NCBI GenBank assembly: GCA_004431415.1
Contig: QPMI01000537.1
Location: forward strand, 1 to 64,000
Length of the DNA: 64,000 nucleotides
From: Cyanophora paradoxa CCMP329
Lineage: Eukaryota > Plantae > Glaucophyta
Reading direction: 5' to 3'
In this document: piece after piece, positions 11,640 through 22,300 of the stretch
Layout of the letters: each line of letters begins with the position of its first letter
Position numbering within the stretch: the stretch's first letter is position 1
Translations under genes and position numbers: made by a program
Notes under the pieces: model-generated
What the model was told of the DNA's origin: nothing
The model's database searches: none
What the model saw: only the letters and a program-made list of their open reading frames with translations

Positions 11640-14600
11640 GTCGAGGGGCGGCGGCCCGCCCCATTGGGCTCTTCTTAGCCTTTTCGTCGGCCCCTCTACG
11701 ATTCTGATCTGGGGCCGGGGGCTGTCTGGAGCTCGCCTGGAGCGGTCGGTCCATGTCATGGAGGAGGCGAGGGTCGAGGAGCGGCGGTCCCGGGCCACGC
11801 GCGCCGCCAGGTCCGCCTCCGCCTGCTTGCGCTGCGGAATGCACAATAAGAATCTATAAGAATAAGAATCCGATCGAATCCGATCGTAAGGATCTAGCTC
11901 TAGAGTATATAAGAATCTGACGGTAAGAGCTCTAGCTCTGCTTCCGCGGCGGGGCACATAAGAATCCGATAGTAGAATCTAATCTGATCTGATAGTAAGA
12001 ATCTAATGATAGTGAAAGCTCTAGCTCTAGCTCTAGACGCGGCGGCGCCCCCCGCCTGCTCCCGCTGCGGGAGGCGGTCGGAGGGGCGGCAGGGCGGTCG
12101 GAGGGGCGGGCGGGCGGGCGGGCGGGCGCCGACGCGTCAGCGGGGCCGGAGGCGGGGGCAGGGGCGGAGGAGACTATTAGTTAGATTGCACTATCTCATT
12201 TTAAGCTCGTTACCTTGCGGAAAGAGCGCTCGAAGAAGAAGTAGAGCTTTTATGGAGCTCTTACTATCAGATTCTCATGCAATATAGAGCTAGATAGAGC
12301 TCTAGAGCTCTTATTATCAGATTCTCATGCATTCTAGAGCTAGATAGAGCTCTAGAGCTCTTATTATCAGTTTCTTATATATAGTTACCTTGCGGAAGGA
12401 GCGCTCGAAGAAGAAGTAGACGGCGACGCCGGAGACGAGGAGGGACATGAAGAGGCCGTAGGCGATGTACAGCACCACGTTGTCGTCCATGCACGCCCCT
12501 GCGGTAGATAGATCGGAGTCGGCGAGGCCGGGCGTCAGTAGCGGGCCCAGGGAGCTGATCGGGGCTTCTGCTCGATGCCTAGGAACAGCTAGCTGGCTAG
12601 GAAGCCTTCATAGCGCACCGCGGGTCGGGGAGGTGACGCAGGGCCCGGAGGCCTCGATGATGTCGGCGTCGTCGGCGATGCCGTCGTTGTCCGAGTCCCA
12701 CGCCGAGTCCCCGTTCAGCGGGAACGCGTCGTTCGCGTCTGGTGCGCCGCGCCGCTCGTTCGTGAGGAGAGGAGGAGAGGAGGAGGGAGAGGGAGGAGGG
12801 AGCGGGGGCGGGGGCGGGGGCGGCCGTGAGCTAGCTAGCGTGCTTGCTTGTTTGATGAGAGGCGGGTTGGCTAGGCTTTGGCTTTTTCTTCTTCGAGTCC
12901 AGGGGAATGGGACTAGGCGGTGGCTGGGCAACGGGGGCTGCGGGTAGGCCAGTCTATGGTTTCTAGGCTATGGGGGAGGGGGACAGCCGTGCGCTCGCTT
13001 GCTTGTTTGGTGAGAGGCGGTCTAGGCTACGGTTTCTAAACTATAATTTCTAGCTATAGGCTATGGGGAAGGCGGGCGGTCGTTCTCGGGCGGTCGTTCT
13101 CGGGCGGGGGGGCGGGCGGGTCTAGGCTACGGTTTCTAGGCTATAGTTTCTAGGCTATCTGGAAGGCGGGCGGTCGTTCTCGGGCGGTCGTTCTCTAGGC
13201 TACGGTTTCTAAGCTATAGTTTCTAGGCTAGTTTTTTATTAATACCTGAACAAATTTATATAGTTTCTATTTTATATAGTTTCTAGGCTATCTGGAGGGC
13301 GCCCGGGCGCACCGAAGACGCGATCGTTGTCCTTGTCGAGGTCGAGGCGGTAGAGGGTGCCCCGGCCCCCCGGCACCGCCCCCGGCGCCTCCGCGCTCCC
13401 GTCCGCCTGAGGGGAGGGGTGGGGAGGCGGCGTTAGGGGGCGGGCGCAGGCGAGTTGTGAAGGAGCCCCGGCGCCGGACGCGGCCTAAAGCGTTAAGAGG
13501 CTTGAACACTTTCCGACTTAGTGCATCTTATAAGCCTCTTAGTTTTCCGGTTATTAAAGGGCACCTGTGCGAAGAGGAGTATGTCCTTGTAGAGGGCGGC
13601 GGCGAGCGGGTAGGGCGCCGCCGGCAGCGCCACGCAGTGCGCCTCGAACCAGGGGTCCTCCGGCGTCCCGGCGTACTTGATGAGGTGCAGGGCCCACGAA
13701 GTGGAGGAGGAGGAGGGGGTAGAGGAGGGTGATGGGGCCCAGTACAGGAACCCGTCTTCGGAGCAGTCGCCCAGGACTAGGGGGCCGGGCCCCTCCGTCC
13801 CGGGGGCCTCGCGCCACGTCCCGTCGACGAGGCTCCGCGTGCGCAGCGCGTAGCCCGAGCCGCCGGGGCGCGAGACGACGACGGCGATTCGCCCCCCCGA
13901 GATGGCGGCGCCGTGGAGGATCGTGAAGGGGCCGCGGGACCACTCGGCCGGGCGGACGGCGGCGCGCTCCTTGGCGGGGAAGGAGAGGAGGTGGATGACG
14001 ACGTCGTCGGCGGGGCCCTGGGGCGTCAGGAGCCAGTCCGGGTCCAGCGCCAGCGGCCGCCGCGTCTCCAGCCACATCGCCCGGCACCCGGCTGCGCTCA
14101 AGCTTGAGCTTGAGCTCAAGCTTCCGGGACGCTCTCTAAGGGCGGGCGGGACGCACCGGGGCCGATGGCGATGGAGGGGGAGAAGTAGGAGGAGGAGGAG
14201 GAGGAAGAGGAGCGGGCGGGGGGGGCCGCGGCCGCGGGGTCGCCCCCCACGAGCTCGGCCGAGCGGGTGCGGAGGTAGTAGACCCACACGGACGAGGCGT
14301 TCGTCGCCGGGTCGTGCTCCCGGTAGGTCACGTACCGCTCGCAGAAGGAGGGCTCCAGGCGGTGCACGCGCCGCTGGGACGCTGCAGGGAGCGACAGCTG
14401 CGGAGGCGGGCGTCGGCTGGGGCGGGGCGGGGCGGGGCGGGGCGGGGCGGGGCGCACGGGGACGAAGGAGAGCGTCGCCGTGTCGAACAGCTGCAGGTCG
14501 TACCTTGCGAACGAAGTGAGGCGACGCGGGGCGCGGGCTGAGAAGGGAGGGAGGGGGGGAGGAGGGGGGGGCACCAGCAGCCGGCCGCGGCGGGGGCGGA

Positions 14601-15355
14601 GCGGTCGCAGTCGACCCAGACGGCGTAGTGCGAGTCGTCGGCGTGGAGGTGCATGGGCGCCGCGCCGGCCTGGAAGAGCGCGAGCGCGTTCTCGGGGTAG
14701 ACCTGCCGGTACATATCCTCGGGCGACGTGCCCACGCCCTCGAAGATCGAGAAGAGGCTTCCCCGCAGCGAGCGAGAGAGTTCGTCCCACGAGGCGTACA
14801 CGCCCCCGAAGCTGCGGCCGGCGGCCGTCAGCCACCGGAGGCGCGCGCGGGGCCCGCAGAGCGGAGCGGCAGGCGCTGCTCGGGCGCAGGCGCACCCTTG
14901 CTGGCGAACGGCGATGGGCATTGGATCGCCGTCCTGATCCACATCCCTATAGTACACGGACTCGTTCATGAAGCGGAGGGAGAGTTCTGCGGGCGCCCGG
15001 TGGCGGTAGAGCCGTGAGGCTCAGCGCGCGCGGGGCCGGCCGGGCGGGGCGCCCTCCCGCTTCACCTTTGCGGAAAGGGGAGAGCGGGACTGATGAGATG
15101 GCTGCGGCGGACTTGATTGGGGTTGCGAGCGCCACGGGATTGTAGCGGCTCTGGCCGCGGGGGTGTCAGAGGGAGCGCTAGCGGGCTAAGCTACGAGACC
15201 AGGGTGCGCACTGCATCCAGCTGGAGGGAGCACGCGGGCAGACTTTGACCCGCGGCGCTAACTAAACAGGCGATGAGGGAGAGGCCGACGAGCAAGACCA
15301 CGTGCTTAGTGTCTGCTTCTGCCCTCCGCCGCCGCTTGCGGACGCCGGGCGCCAT
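5541..15355 (-). CDS. multi-exon 6TM voltage-gated potassium channel with N-terminal signal peptide, large ectodomain, TSP type-3-like motif and extra TM helix
   Basis: ATG 15355 MAPGVRKRRRRAEADTKHVVLLVGLSLIACLVSAAG (signal-like). DANDAFPLNGDSAWDSDNDGIADDAD at ~12660-12740. TM LYIAYGLFMSLLVSGVAVYFFF at ~12410-12475. S1 ALVLLLVFVSVIIAIIPLY, S2-S3 FDFVSTSLFAVDLVMR...NWYDIPSLITDIP, S4 GLGRIMRILRILKVVRVMRLYRRL (~10330-10400). Pore FWFSFVTLCTIGYGDIVP (~9680-9855), then S6 and a long C-terminal tail. The 3' end is uncertain (5868 or 5541). Confidence 0.8.
8477..8503 (+). repeat. (GATA)n microsatellite in intron
   Basis: Run of gata units directly visible. Confidence 0.9.
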
Positions 15356-15541
15356 CTTTGCTCAAATTCGCACGTACCCCTAGGCCACCTGACTCGGACC
15401 TTTGCCGACAGGTACCAGGCCAACCCTGCCGTGACGTGCGAAGTTGCTGGAGCCAGGCCGCTTGCTGCTAGCACAGTCGCAGCATGTGGCAAGCTCTGGG
15501 TCACAACCCTTCCGCCCTCAGGCGAACGCTCGGTCCGAGGA
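15356..15541. promoter_or_regulatory. short divergent (head-to-head) intergenic region between the channel and F-box genes
   Basis: Opposing ATGs at 15355 (-) and 15542 (+), ~190 bp apart. Confidence 0.4.
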
Positions 15542-18314
15542 ATGTCAGCGAGCAGCGAGCTTGAAGAGCTGCGGCGCGAGAACACGCGATTTCAGGAGCT
15601 CTATCTCAGCGCCGTGACTGGGAAGGCCGTCCGAATCGCAGCCGTCCAGACGGACAACATTCCGATCCATAGAAAGCGAAGCCGGAGGGAGTTCGAGGAT
15701 GGCGCGATGCCGCAAGAGAGCGAAGGCGTGATGCAGGAGCTTCGCGTCTCGCTCGCCCGCGCGCGAAATCAGCTGGCCGCGGAGAAAATCCTCCCGCAGC
15801 GAGTGTTCGCGTACGCGGTCCAGATCCCCGCGGCGCTGCGGTGCGTCGACCGTGGACCGGCTTTTCGAGACCACGTACGCGGCTGACGCCGACCACGTGC
15901 ACATGCACGCAGACCTCAGCAACAGGCGAAGGCGAGCGCTGCATCGCAGACAGACGGCACGGATGAGCCGCGCGGAGAAAGGGAAGAACTGCTCAATGAG
16001 TTGCGCGCGACGGAGCGCGCGCGCCGCGACTGCATGTGGCGGCGGACGGGCGTCTTCTGCGCGCTCGTGGCGGGAGACGAGGAAGAGCCGGCGCCGGCCG
16101 CACTGTCCGATGACGTCCTGCTGCGCGTCTTCGAGCTGATCGTGGAGGTCCGCGCCCGCGAACTCGAACCAGCCGCTCTCTCCATCGCCTGCCGCTGCCG
16201 CGCCTGAGATCGCATCCGCGATCGAACTCGCAGAGAGGGGAGGCGGCTGGGGCGCTGCTGGAGGCGCACCGATTCCTCTGCTCGGCGATGCGTGTCTCCC
16301 GCCGCTGGCGCCGCCTCGCCTCGCACCCCTGCCTGTGGTCCACGTTTCACCTCCGGTGCGCGCGCCCGCCGGGCCCGCCCGCCCTCGCGTGTCCCCGAGG
16401 CCTGCTCCCGTCTCATCGCCTTGCGCAGCGTGCACGCGCTGCAGCTGCCGTGGTCCTCCCACGCGCTCGCGGTGCTGCCGCGGTTCGCCTCCCTGTCTCA
16501 CCTGAGCCTGGACGTCGTGGTCGGGGACGGCGGCGGCCGGCGCATCAACACGCGCGTCGATGAGGAGGCCACGCGAAGCCTTGCCGCCCTCTCCGGCCCC
16601 AACGGAGACGGCACGGGGCCGCCCCCGCTCCCCAGCGTCCGCAGCCTGAACCTCCGCATCTTCACGGTGCACGCGCCCGTCCTCGCGCCTCGCGTCATTC
16701 CGCGAGCATTCTGACCAAGCGTGGCACCACCTAGACGGATAGAAGCTTTCTCGTTGTGGAACCGGTACCCGGCTTGGCGTCGGCATCGGCGCGTGGAGGC
16801 TGCCCCCATGGTCAGCAGCTTCTGCCCTGGATTCCGGCGTGTACCCAGGCGGAACTGGAGGTTGCCGTGGGCCCACGCCCCTGCGATCCAGGCACGATGG
16901 TCTTCAGCCACACCGGTTCGAACAATCCGGGCTCGGATCCCGCGCGCGCCGAAATCCGCCGCAGTGGCTCAGCTGCGCGTCGCGGACCGCTTCCCGGGGC
17001 TGCGGCGCCTCTCGCTGCCCGTGGCCGGGTACCGCGCCGGCTATGCATGCGCGCCCGCCGTCGCCGTCCGCCTTGGCGCCGCATCCAGCGGCGTGGAGCG
17101 GTGCGCGCAGGCCTTTTCGCCCCCCGCCGCCGCAGCCTCCGCCTCCGCCGACCGCCCTCTCCCGCCCGCAGGCTCGACGTGCACGTACCCCTCGGATCGG
17201 TCCACGCTCGTGACATCACGGCCTTCCGCCACGCGGTCCGCTCTAACCCCCCTCCCCCGATTCTCCCCTAGTCGTATTCACGTGTACCCCCCTGCAGTTT
17301 CCGCGGCTGCGGCACCTTGGGGGCGCCTCGGCGCGGGGAGCGCAGGGGCTCGAACAGGTCCTGGCCCTCCTGGCTCCCCGCGACGAGCCGGCGGCGGGGC
17401 CGTCGGCGCCGTCGGCGCCGGCGCCGCACGCGGAGCTGGGGACCCTCGAGCTCATCTGCGTCGGCTTCGACGAGGAGGCGTCCCGGCGGCTCCTTCGATC
17501 CTGCCTCGAGCGCGCCCGGCCCCGCGCCCTCCGCCTCACCGCCTGCGCCGCCCCCCGCCGCCTCGGCGCCTCCCTCGGCCCCTCCGTCCAGTGAGCCGCG
17601 ATGATCACGTACCCCCGGCCACCGCCCTTGACACCGGTACCCCCCTTGCAGGGCGCTCTCGCTGGGTCCGGGTACCCTCGCCCGCCTGCAGCCCGAGGAC
17701 CTCCCCTGGCTCGCCGTTGCGGTGTACCCGGACCCCCCCCCCCCACCCCCCCCGTCGACCCGACGCGTACCCCGCAGAAGGCCCGGCCTCGGTCCGCGAG
17801 CCGACCCTCGAGTTCGAACCCCTGGTACTGTGCGCGTAGCGCCCCGGCCCAGCTGGCCCCGGTGCCCAGCTTTTGATCTCATTTTGCCCGCACTAGGTAC
17901 GACCCGGGGGCGGCTCGGCGGCTCGGAGAGGCGGCGGCGGTCCTCCCCGGGCTCCGTCGGCTCGTCGTGCGGGGCACCCGCGGCGCCGGCGCCGGCGCCG
18001 GCTCCGCGCTCCTCGGCGGCGCCGCCCACCTGGCCGCCCTGCGCGCCGGCCGCGGCCTCGGCCCCCTCGAGATAAGCGAGGAGCGCGGGTTCGCGGGAGC
18101 CGGAGCTGCAGCCGCGGGCGAAGCGTGGCCCGAGCGCCCGCCGGGGGCGCCCTTCCTCGTGGCGCGTCCGCGTCCGGCGCATCCGGTCATTGATTTGGAC
18201 GCGTACGACGGCGACGGGCCTCTGCTGGGGATTCTCGACGACGCCTTTATAGAGGCCGTCGTAGATCTCGAGCCCGATGACCCGTTTATGGTGGCTCTAA
18301 ATCTAGATCTGTAG
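15542..18314 (+). CDS. spliced F-box/LRR-like protein
   Basis: F-box-like 'ALSDDVLLRVFELI...RCVSRRWRRLASHPCLWSTFHL' (~16100-16350), followed by LRR-like segments (LPRFASLSHLSLDV, LPSVRSLNLRI, FPGLRRLSLP). Exon structure is approximate. Confidence 0.65.
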
Positions 18315-18422
18315 TTCCTCCGGGATCCCCGGCCGCGGCCGGGCCGGGCCGGGCGGGCCGGGCCGGGCGGGCTGGATCATAATCGATATCATGATCATGA
18401 CACGCCACTGCGCGTGGGAGGC

Positions 18423-18546
18423 GCGATGCGCGATATCGCGCTACACTGCGGAAGGCGCGGCTTAGGCGCCGGCAGCGCTTTAAATTTCGCCACCCGTCGA
18501 CGTCTATCATAGTATTAGGTATAGCTACATGTCATGTCGCAAAATT
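18423..18546 (+). repeat. left copy of degenerate direct repeat bracketing the island (partner 48721-48799)
   Basis: Shared collinear blocks: gcgaYgcgcgatatcgcgMtacactgcggaaggcg, ccggcagcgc, ttcgccac, tcatgtcgcaaaatt. The left copy carries AT-rich insertions. Confidence 0.75.
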
Positions 18547-18953
18547 CCGTGCTCGTTCTCCTTATTCGCTGCGTCCCCGTGCTCCTCGTCGTTCTAGTGT
18601 GACTAGTACTTCTGCGTCGACGTCCTTGAGCTTTTCTACTCCTTCTCCTCGTATGCCATACCAGGCCCCGGGCCCACCCCCCTTGAAGTAGGGGTATAGA
18701 AATTTTTTGGACCCGCACCAGGGCTGTCTAAGGCATCAGGGGGGCCCCCCCTCGCCTCTGCTATTTTTAGTGCTGTATAACAGTCGTGTCTAAATCCTGT
18801 CGATCGCGACCAAGACGGGTACCAGGGCCCCCAGGCTGCCCGAGGGGGGCGGGGAGGGGATGGAAATTCAGCATCTGGGGCCCCCGGCAGCTCTAGTGCA
18901 GAGCGCTCGCGCAGCGCCTCGCACAGGGCCCAGGCCCCCCAGCGATTCCAGAG

Positions 18954-18973
18954 TCAGATCAAATTTGATCTGA
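18954..18973. other. perfect 20-bp palindrome tcagatcaaatttgatctga
   Basis: Self-reverse-complementary as read directly from the sequence. Confidence 0.85.
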
Positions 18974-19067
18974 TCCCATCCGGGCGGGAGCCGATGGAGA
19001 AGGGACCCAGCTAGATTCGAACCCCGTCGTGGCAGACGGCCGGGATGCAGGCTTAAAGGAAGGCCGG

Positions 19068-19084
19068 ACGGGGCAGGAAAAGAT
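19068..19084 (+). repeat. target-site duplication, left copy (acggggcaggaaaagat)
   Basis: Identical 17-mer at 38247-38263. It abuts the poly(T) run (the element's poly(A) tail). Confidence 0.9.
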
Positions 19085-19393
19085 TTTTTTTTTGAGTTTT
19101 CCGTAGTTTATTAGGGGACAGAGCCCCTGGTACACAAAAAACATCGTTTTCTGTCTACCCTAGGCCTAGGTCTACCCTAGGCCAACTAATATACTTTAGC
19201 CTAGTCTACTCCCCACTATTGGGTCTCCGACTAGGCGCCCCAAGGGCTAAACCCTATTGCGAGCCCCACCCCCTCTACCCTTGAGGCGGCTCTCTTGGAG
19301 CCTCCCCCCGCGACGGGCCCGGGCCGGTCACGATGGGGTGGGGTAGAGAGGTGGCAGGGGGCTGGGGCCGGGGAGATTGTTGGGCTGGCAAGC

Positions 19394-22300
19394 TCAGGGT
19401 TTAAAGCCAAGCGGCGAAATACCAAAGATGAGAAGAGAGAGGAGGAGATCTCCGCGGTGGTACATCGCGTGTTCCCGTGCAGGACAGAGAAGCGGGCGTG
19501 GAAGGCGGAGGAGGCGGCGGTGTCGGTGGAGCGACAGGGAGCAGATGGGACAGGTTGCTGGGGGGGCGAGATGGGGAGGGTGCAGCTGAAGGGCCCGTTT
19601 CGAGAAGGGGAAGGGTGGGGGAGGGGGGGGTGCGGGGGAGGAGGCTGGGGCGAGGGCCGGGCCTCTTCGGTGGGGAGGGCGGGGCGGCGGCCGGTCTTGT
19701 GGGGGAGGCCGGTCTTGAGGTTCGGGAAGAGGCTCGGGCACAGCTGATGCGGCTGCGGGCGGCGCTCCGTCCCGCCGCTGGGCGTGACCGTGATCAGCAG
19801 CAGGGGTGGAGGAAGCTGCTGCAGCTGTTCTAGATCTGCGGGGGCGAGGTCCGGGTCCGGAATTATTGCCTCGGGCTGCACGGAATCCCGCCGACTCTTG
19901 AATTTCTCGAAGGAGGCGCGGGCGTCGCGTCCGCACTGTTGCCATGCCATCGGCTTGTGCCGCTGGTGGGTCAGGCGGGGGCACTTGTGCCGGCGGACTA
20001 TCCTGTGGACTCTGGGGCCTGGCTATAGGTGAGCTCGAGATCGGCCAGGGGGGCGTCGTGGAGGTCGGGTTGGCTGCAGGTCTGGCTATAGAGGTGTCGT
20101 TGACGACCGACGGGCGCGAGCGGGGCTGGAAGAAGGTACGGATGTCTGCTCGCGAGTGCCAGGCCGCAGGCCTAGGGGCAGTCTGCGCGCTCGGCGGAGC
20201 TCGAGGCCGGTATTGGGGTTCCGGCGCGAGCGTGACTATTTTGGGCCTGGATGGGCCTGCAATGGCTTCGTCTTGGGGGGCGCGGTCTGTCTCGCCGGTT
20301 TTGGGGGGCGACGGTGGAGCGGTACATTTTCCTTTGCGTTTGTGCTGCGCCAGGGCTTCGGGGGAGGCAGCAGCGTAGCCGCACGTGCAGCTGAGGGGGG
20401 CATCCCTCGGCAGTTCTCCCGGAGCCGGCGCAGCCACCGGTATTGCCCGGGGCGGCTCGGGCTGAGATCTAGAGGCGGTGTCCGTGGGCATCTCCGTATT
20501 CAGGGCCTGCGAGCCTAGAATCCGAGTAAGAATGAGGCCGCGCCAGGTGGCACAGTTAGACACAGTGCCCGTGAAGGGGGGCGTGTAGGCCGTGAGGTCA
20601 TGTTCCAAGGCGCGGACAAGCATTTCGGCAAAGGCGCAGACGAAAATCCCGCAGTTAAATCTGTCCTGTTGGGCCGGAATGGGGAATCGGGTGGCTGAGG
20701 GGAAGGGCCAGGTGAGAGCATTGTCGGCGCCAGTCAGGGGGCCTGGGGCTTCTCGTTCGCGCTCCATGTTGAGCCATTGAAGGAGGGGCAGGAGTTGACG
20801 GCGGGCTGCTGCTGGGCCCGGGAGATTGAATCCATCGTATAATTCAGCACGGCGAGCACGGAGGTGGAGGGCTGCAAGGATCCAGTGGCCCGGGGTGTGG
20901 ATAGGGAAGAGTAATAGGTCATAGTCAAGGACATTAATTCCGCGCCCGGTGGTGCGACGGCGCAGGCGGGCGCTGCCCGCCGGCGTTATTGTCTGGGGAA
21001 TAGCGTCATAGAAAGTATGCGGGAAAAGTAAGACGCGGCGGCGGGGGTTTGTTTCTCCGTTCGCAAGAAGGTTTAGTCGGGCGAGGTAGTAGTTAATGAC
21101 GTCGGCGTTCACCCAGGACGAGCCGTTCAGCGTGGCTAGGTCGTGGAGCGATACGGAAGCACTGCCAAACAGTGCGGCAGGGCCGCTGCGGGCTGCCGGG
21201 AGCTCTCGGACTGCGCTGTTGGGCAGAGCGCGGGTAGGGGAACGGCGTACTTGGGCCCAGGCGGCACGTAACGTGGGTGGGGACGGCGGGGCCGGCCACC
21301 CTGCATTACTGGCAGAAGTATTGGTGATGCTGTTAGCAGCGTCGGGTCCCGCGGTCGGCCTAGCTACAGGTCTAGGTCTCGGGTTCGAGCTCGGGGCGGC
21401 GTTAGGGGGCACTAGTACTGGCGTTGCGGGTATCGCTGTCGTAGGAGGGGCCGTGGCCGGCCACGGTGCTGGGGGAGCAGCGCGAGTTCGAGAGCGGCGC
21501 GACTGGCTGACTAATTTGAGGTCTGATGAGAGGGTGAGCTGGCCGTTGGGTATCCGTCGACGCTGGGCTGGGGCTGCCGCGGTCGAGGGGCTCGTGGGCT
21601 CGTTCCTCATCCTGGCTGTCATATGCATCGACCTCGCCTGTGAGGGCTCGGCAGGGCGTGAGGGTCGAGATGCATGAGTTTGGCTGCGAGTAATCCCGTG
21701 TCGGCGTTGCCAGGACTGGACTTCGCTATTGCGAGCCTTCCAGATTGCTTGAGTGTAGTCTAGGATGGTGGCCATAATGGCGTTGGCGCATTTATGCGCC
21801 GCCGGTCTACGTACATCTAAGTAAATCAGGGCGGGGATGAGGCTACGCGGGAGTAGGAGCCTGACGGTGTGGCGGGGAGAGTCGCAGGCAAGGTCGGCGA
21901 AGAGTTTGCTGCCGAGGCTTTGCCACTGATCGGGCAGGCCATACAGTGGCTGCGTGAGGTGCGGGGGAAGGGGGCCCGGCCGTTGGCGCTGATGCTCTGA
22001 CCATCCCCAGTTTGCATCGTCAGCCAGCGCAAAGGCCGGGAACAGTTGGCGCAGGAGCAGTCCGTCCTGGCGCAGGGCCGGGGGCAGCTTATAGGCTGGG
22101 TCGCCAGCTGCCGCCGCGTCGACTGCAGTTTTTAGGCGTTGAGAAGATATGGTTTCATACAATAGGTTGAATATCTTAGTTTGGGTCTCGATACGGAGGG
22201 TGCGTGTTGCTGGGCAGAGACCAAAGGCATGGTCGTGGGTTTCAGGCGTCCCGCTAACGATAGGGGGGGGCCGCGGTGCATGGCGTGCGTTTCGTGCGGC

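Noticed and set aside
19008-19030. tRNA/Pol III B-box (gggttcgaatc on the - strand; similar at ~29152)
   Set aside because: No cloverleaf or A-box could be built around either site.
18959-19144. ORF MFFVYQGLCPLINYGKLK (also the start of the 28773-30263 ORF)
   Set aside because: This is the LINE 3'UTR and poly(A) read through by chance. It is identical in both copies because the UTR is duplicated.
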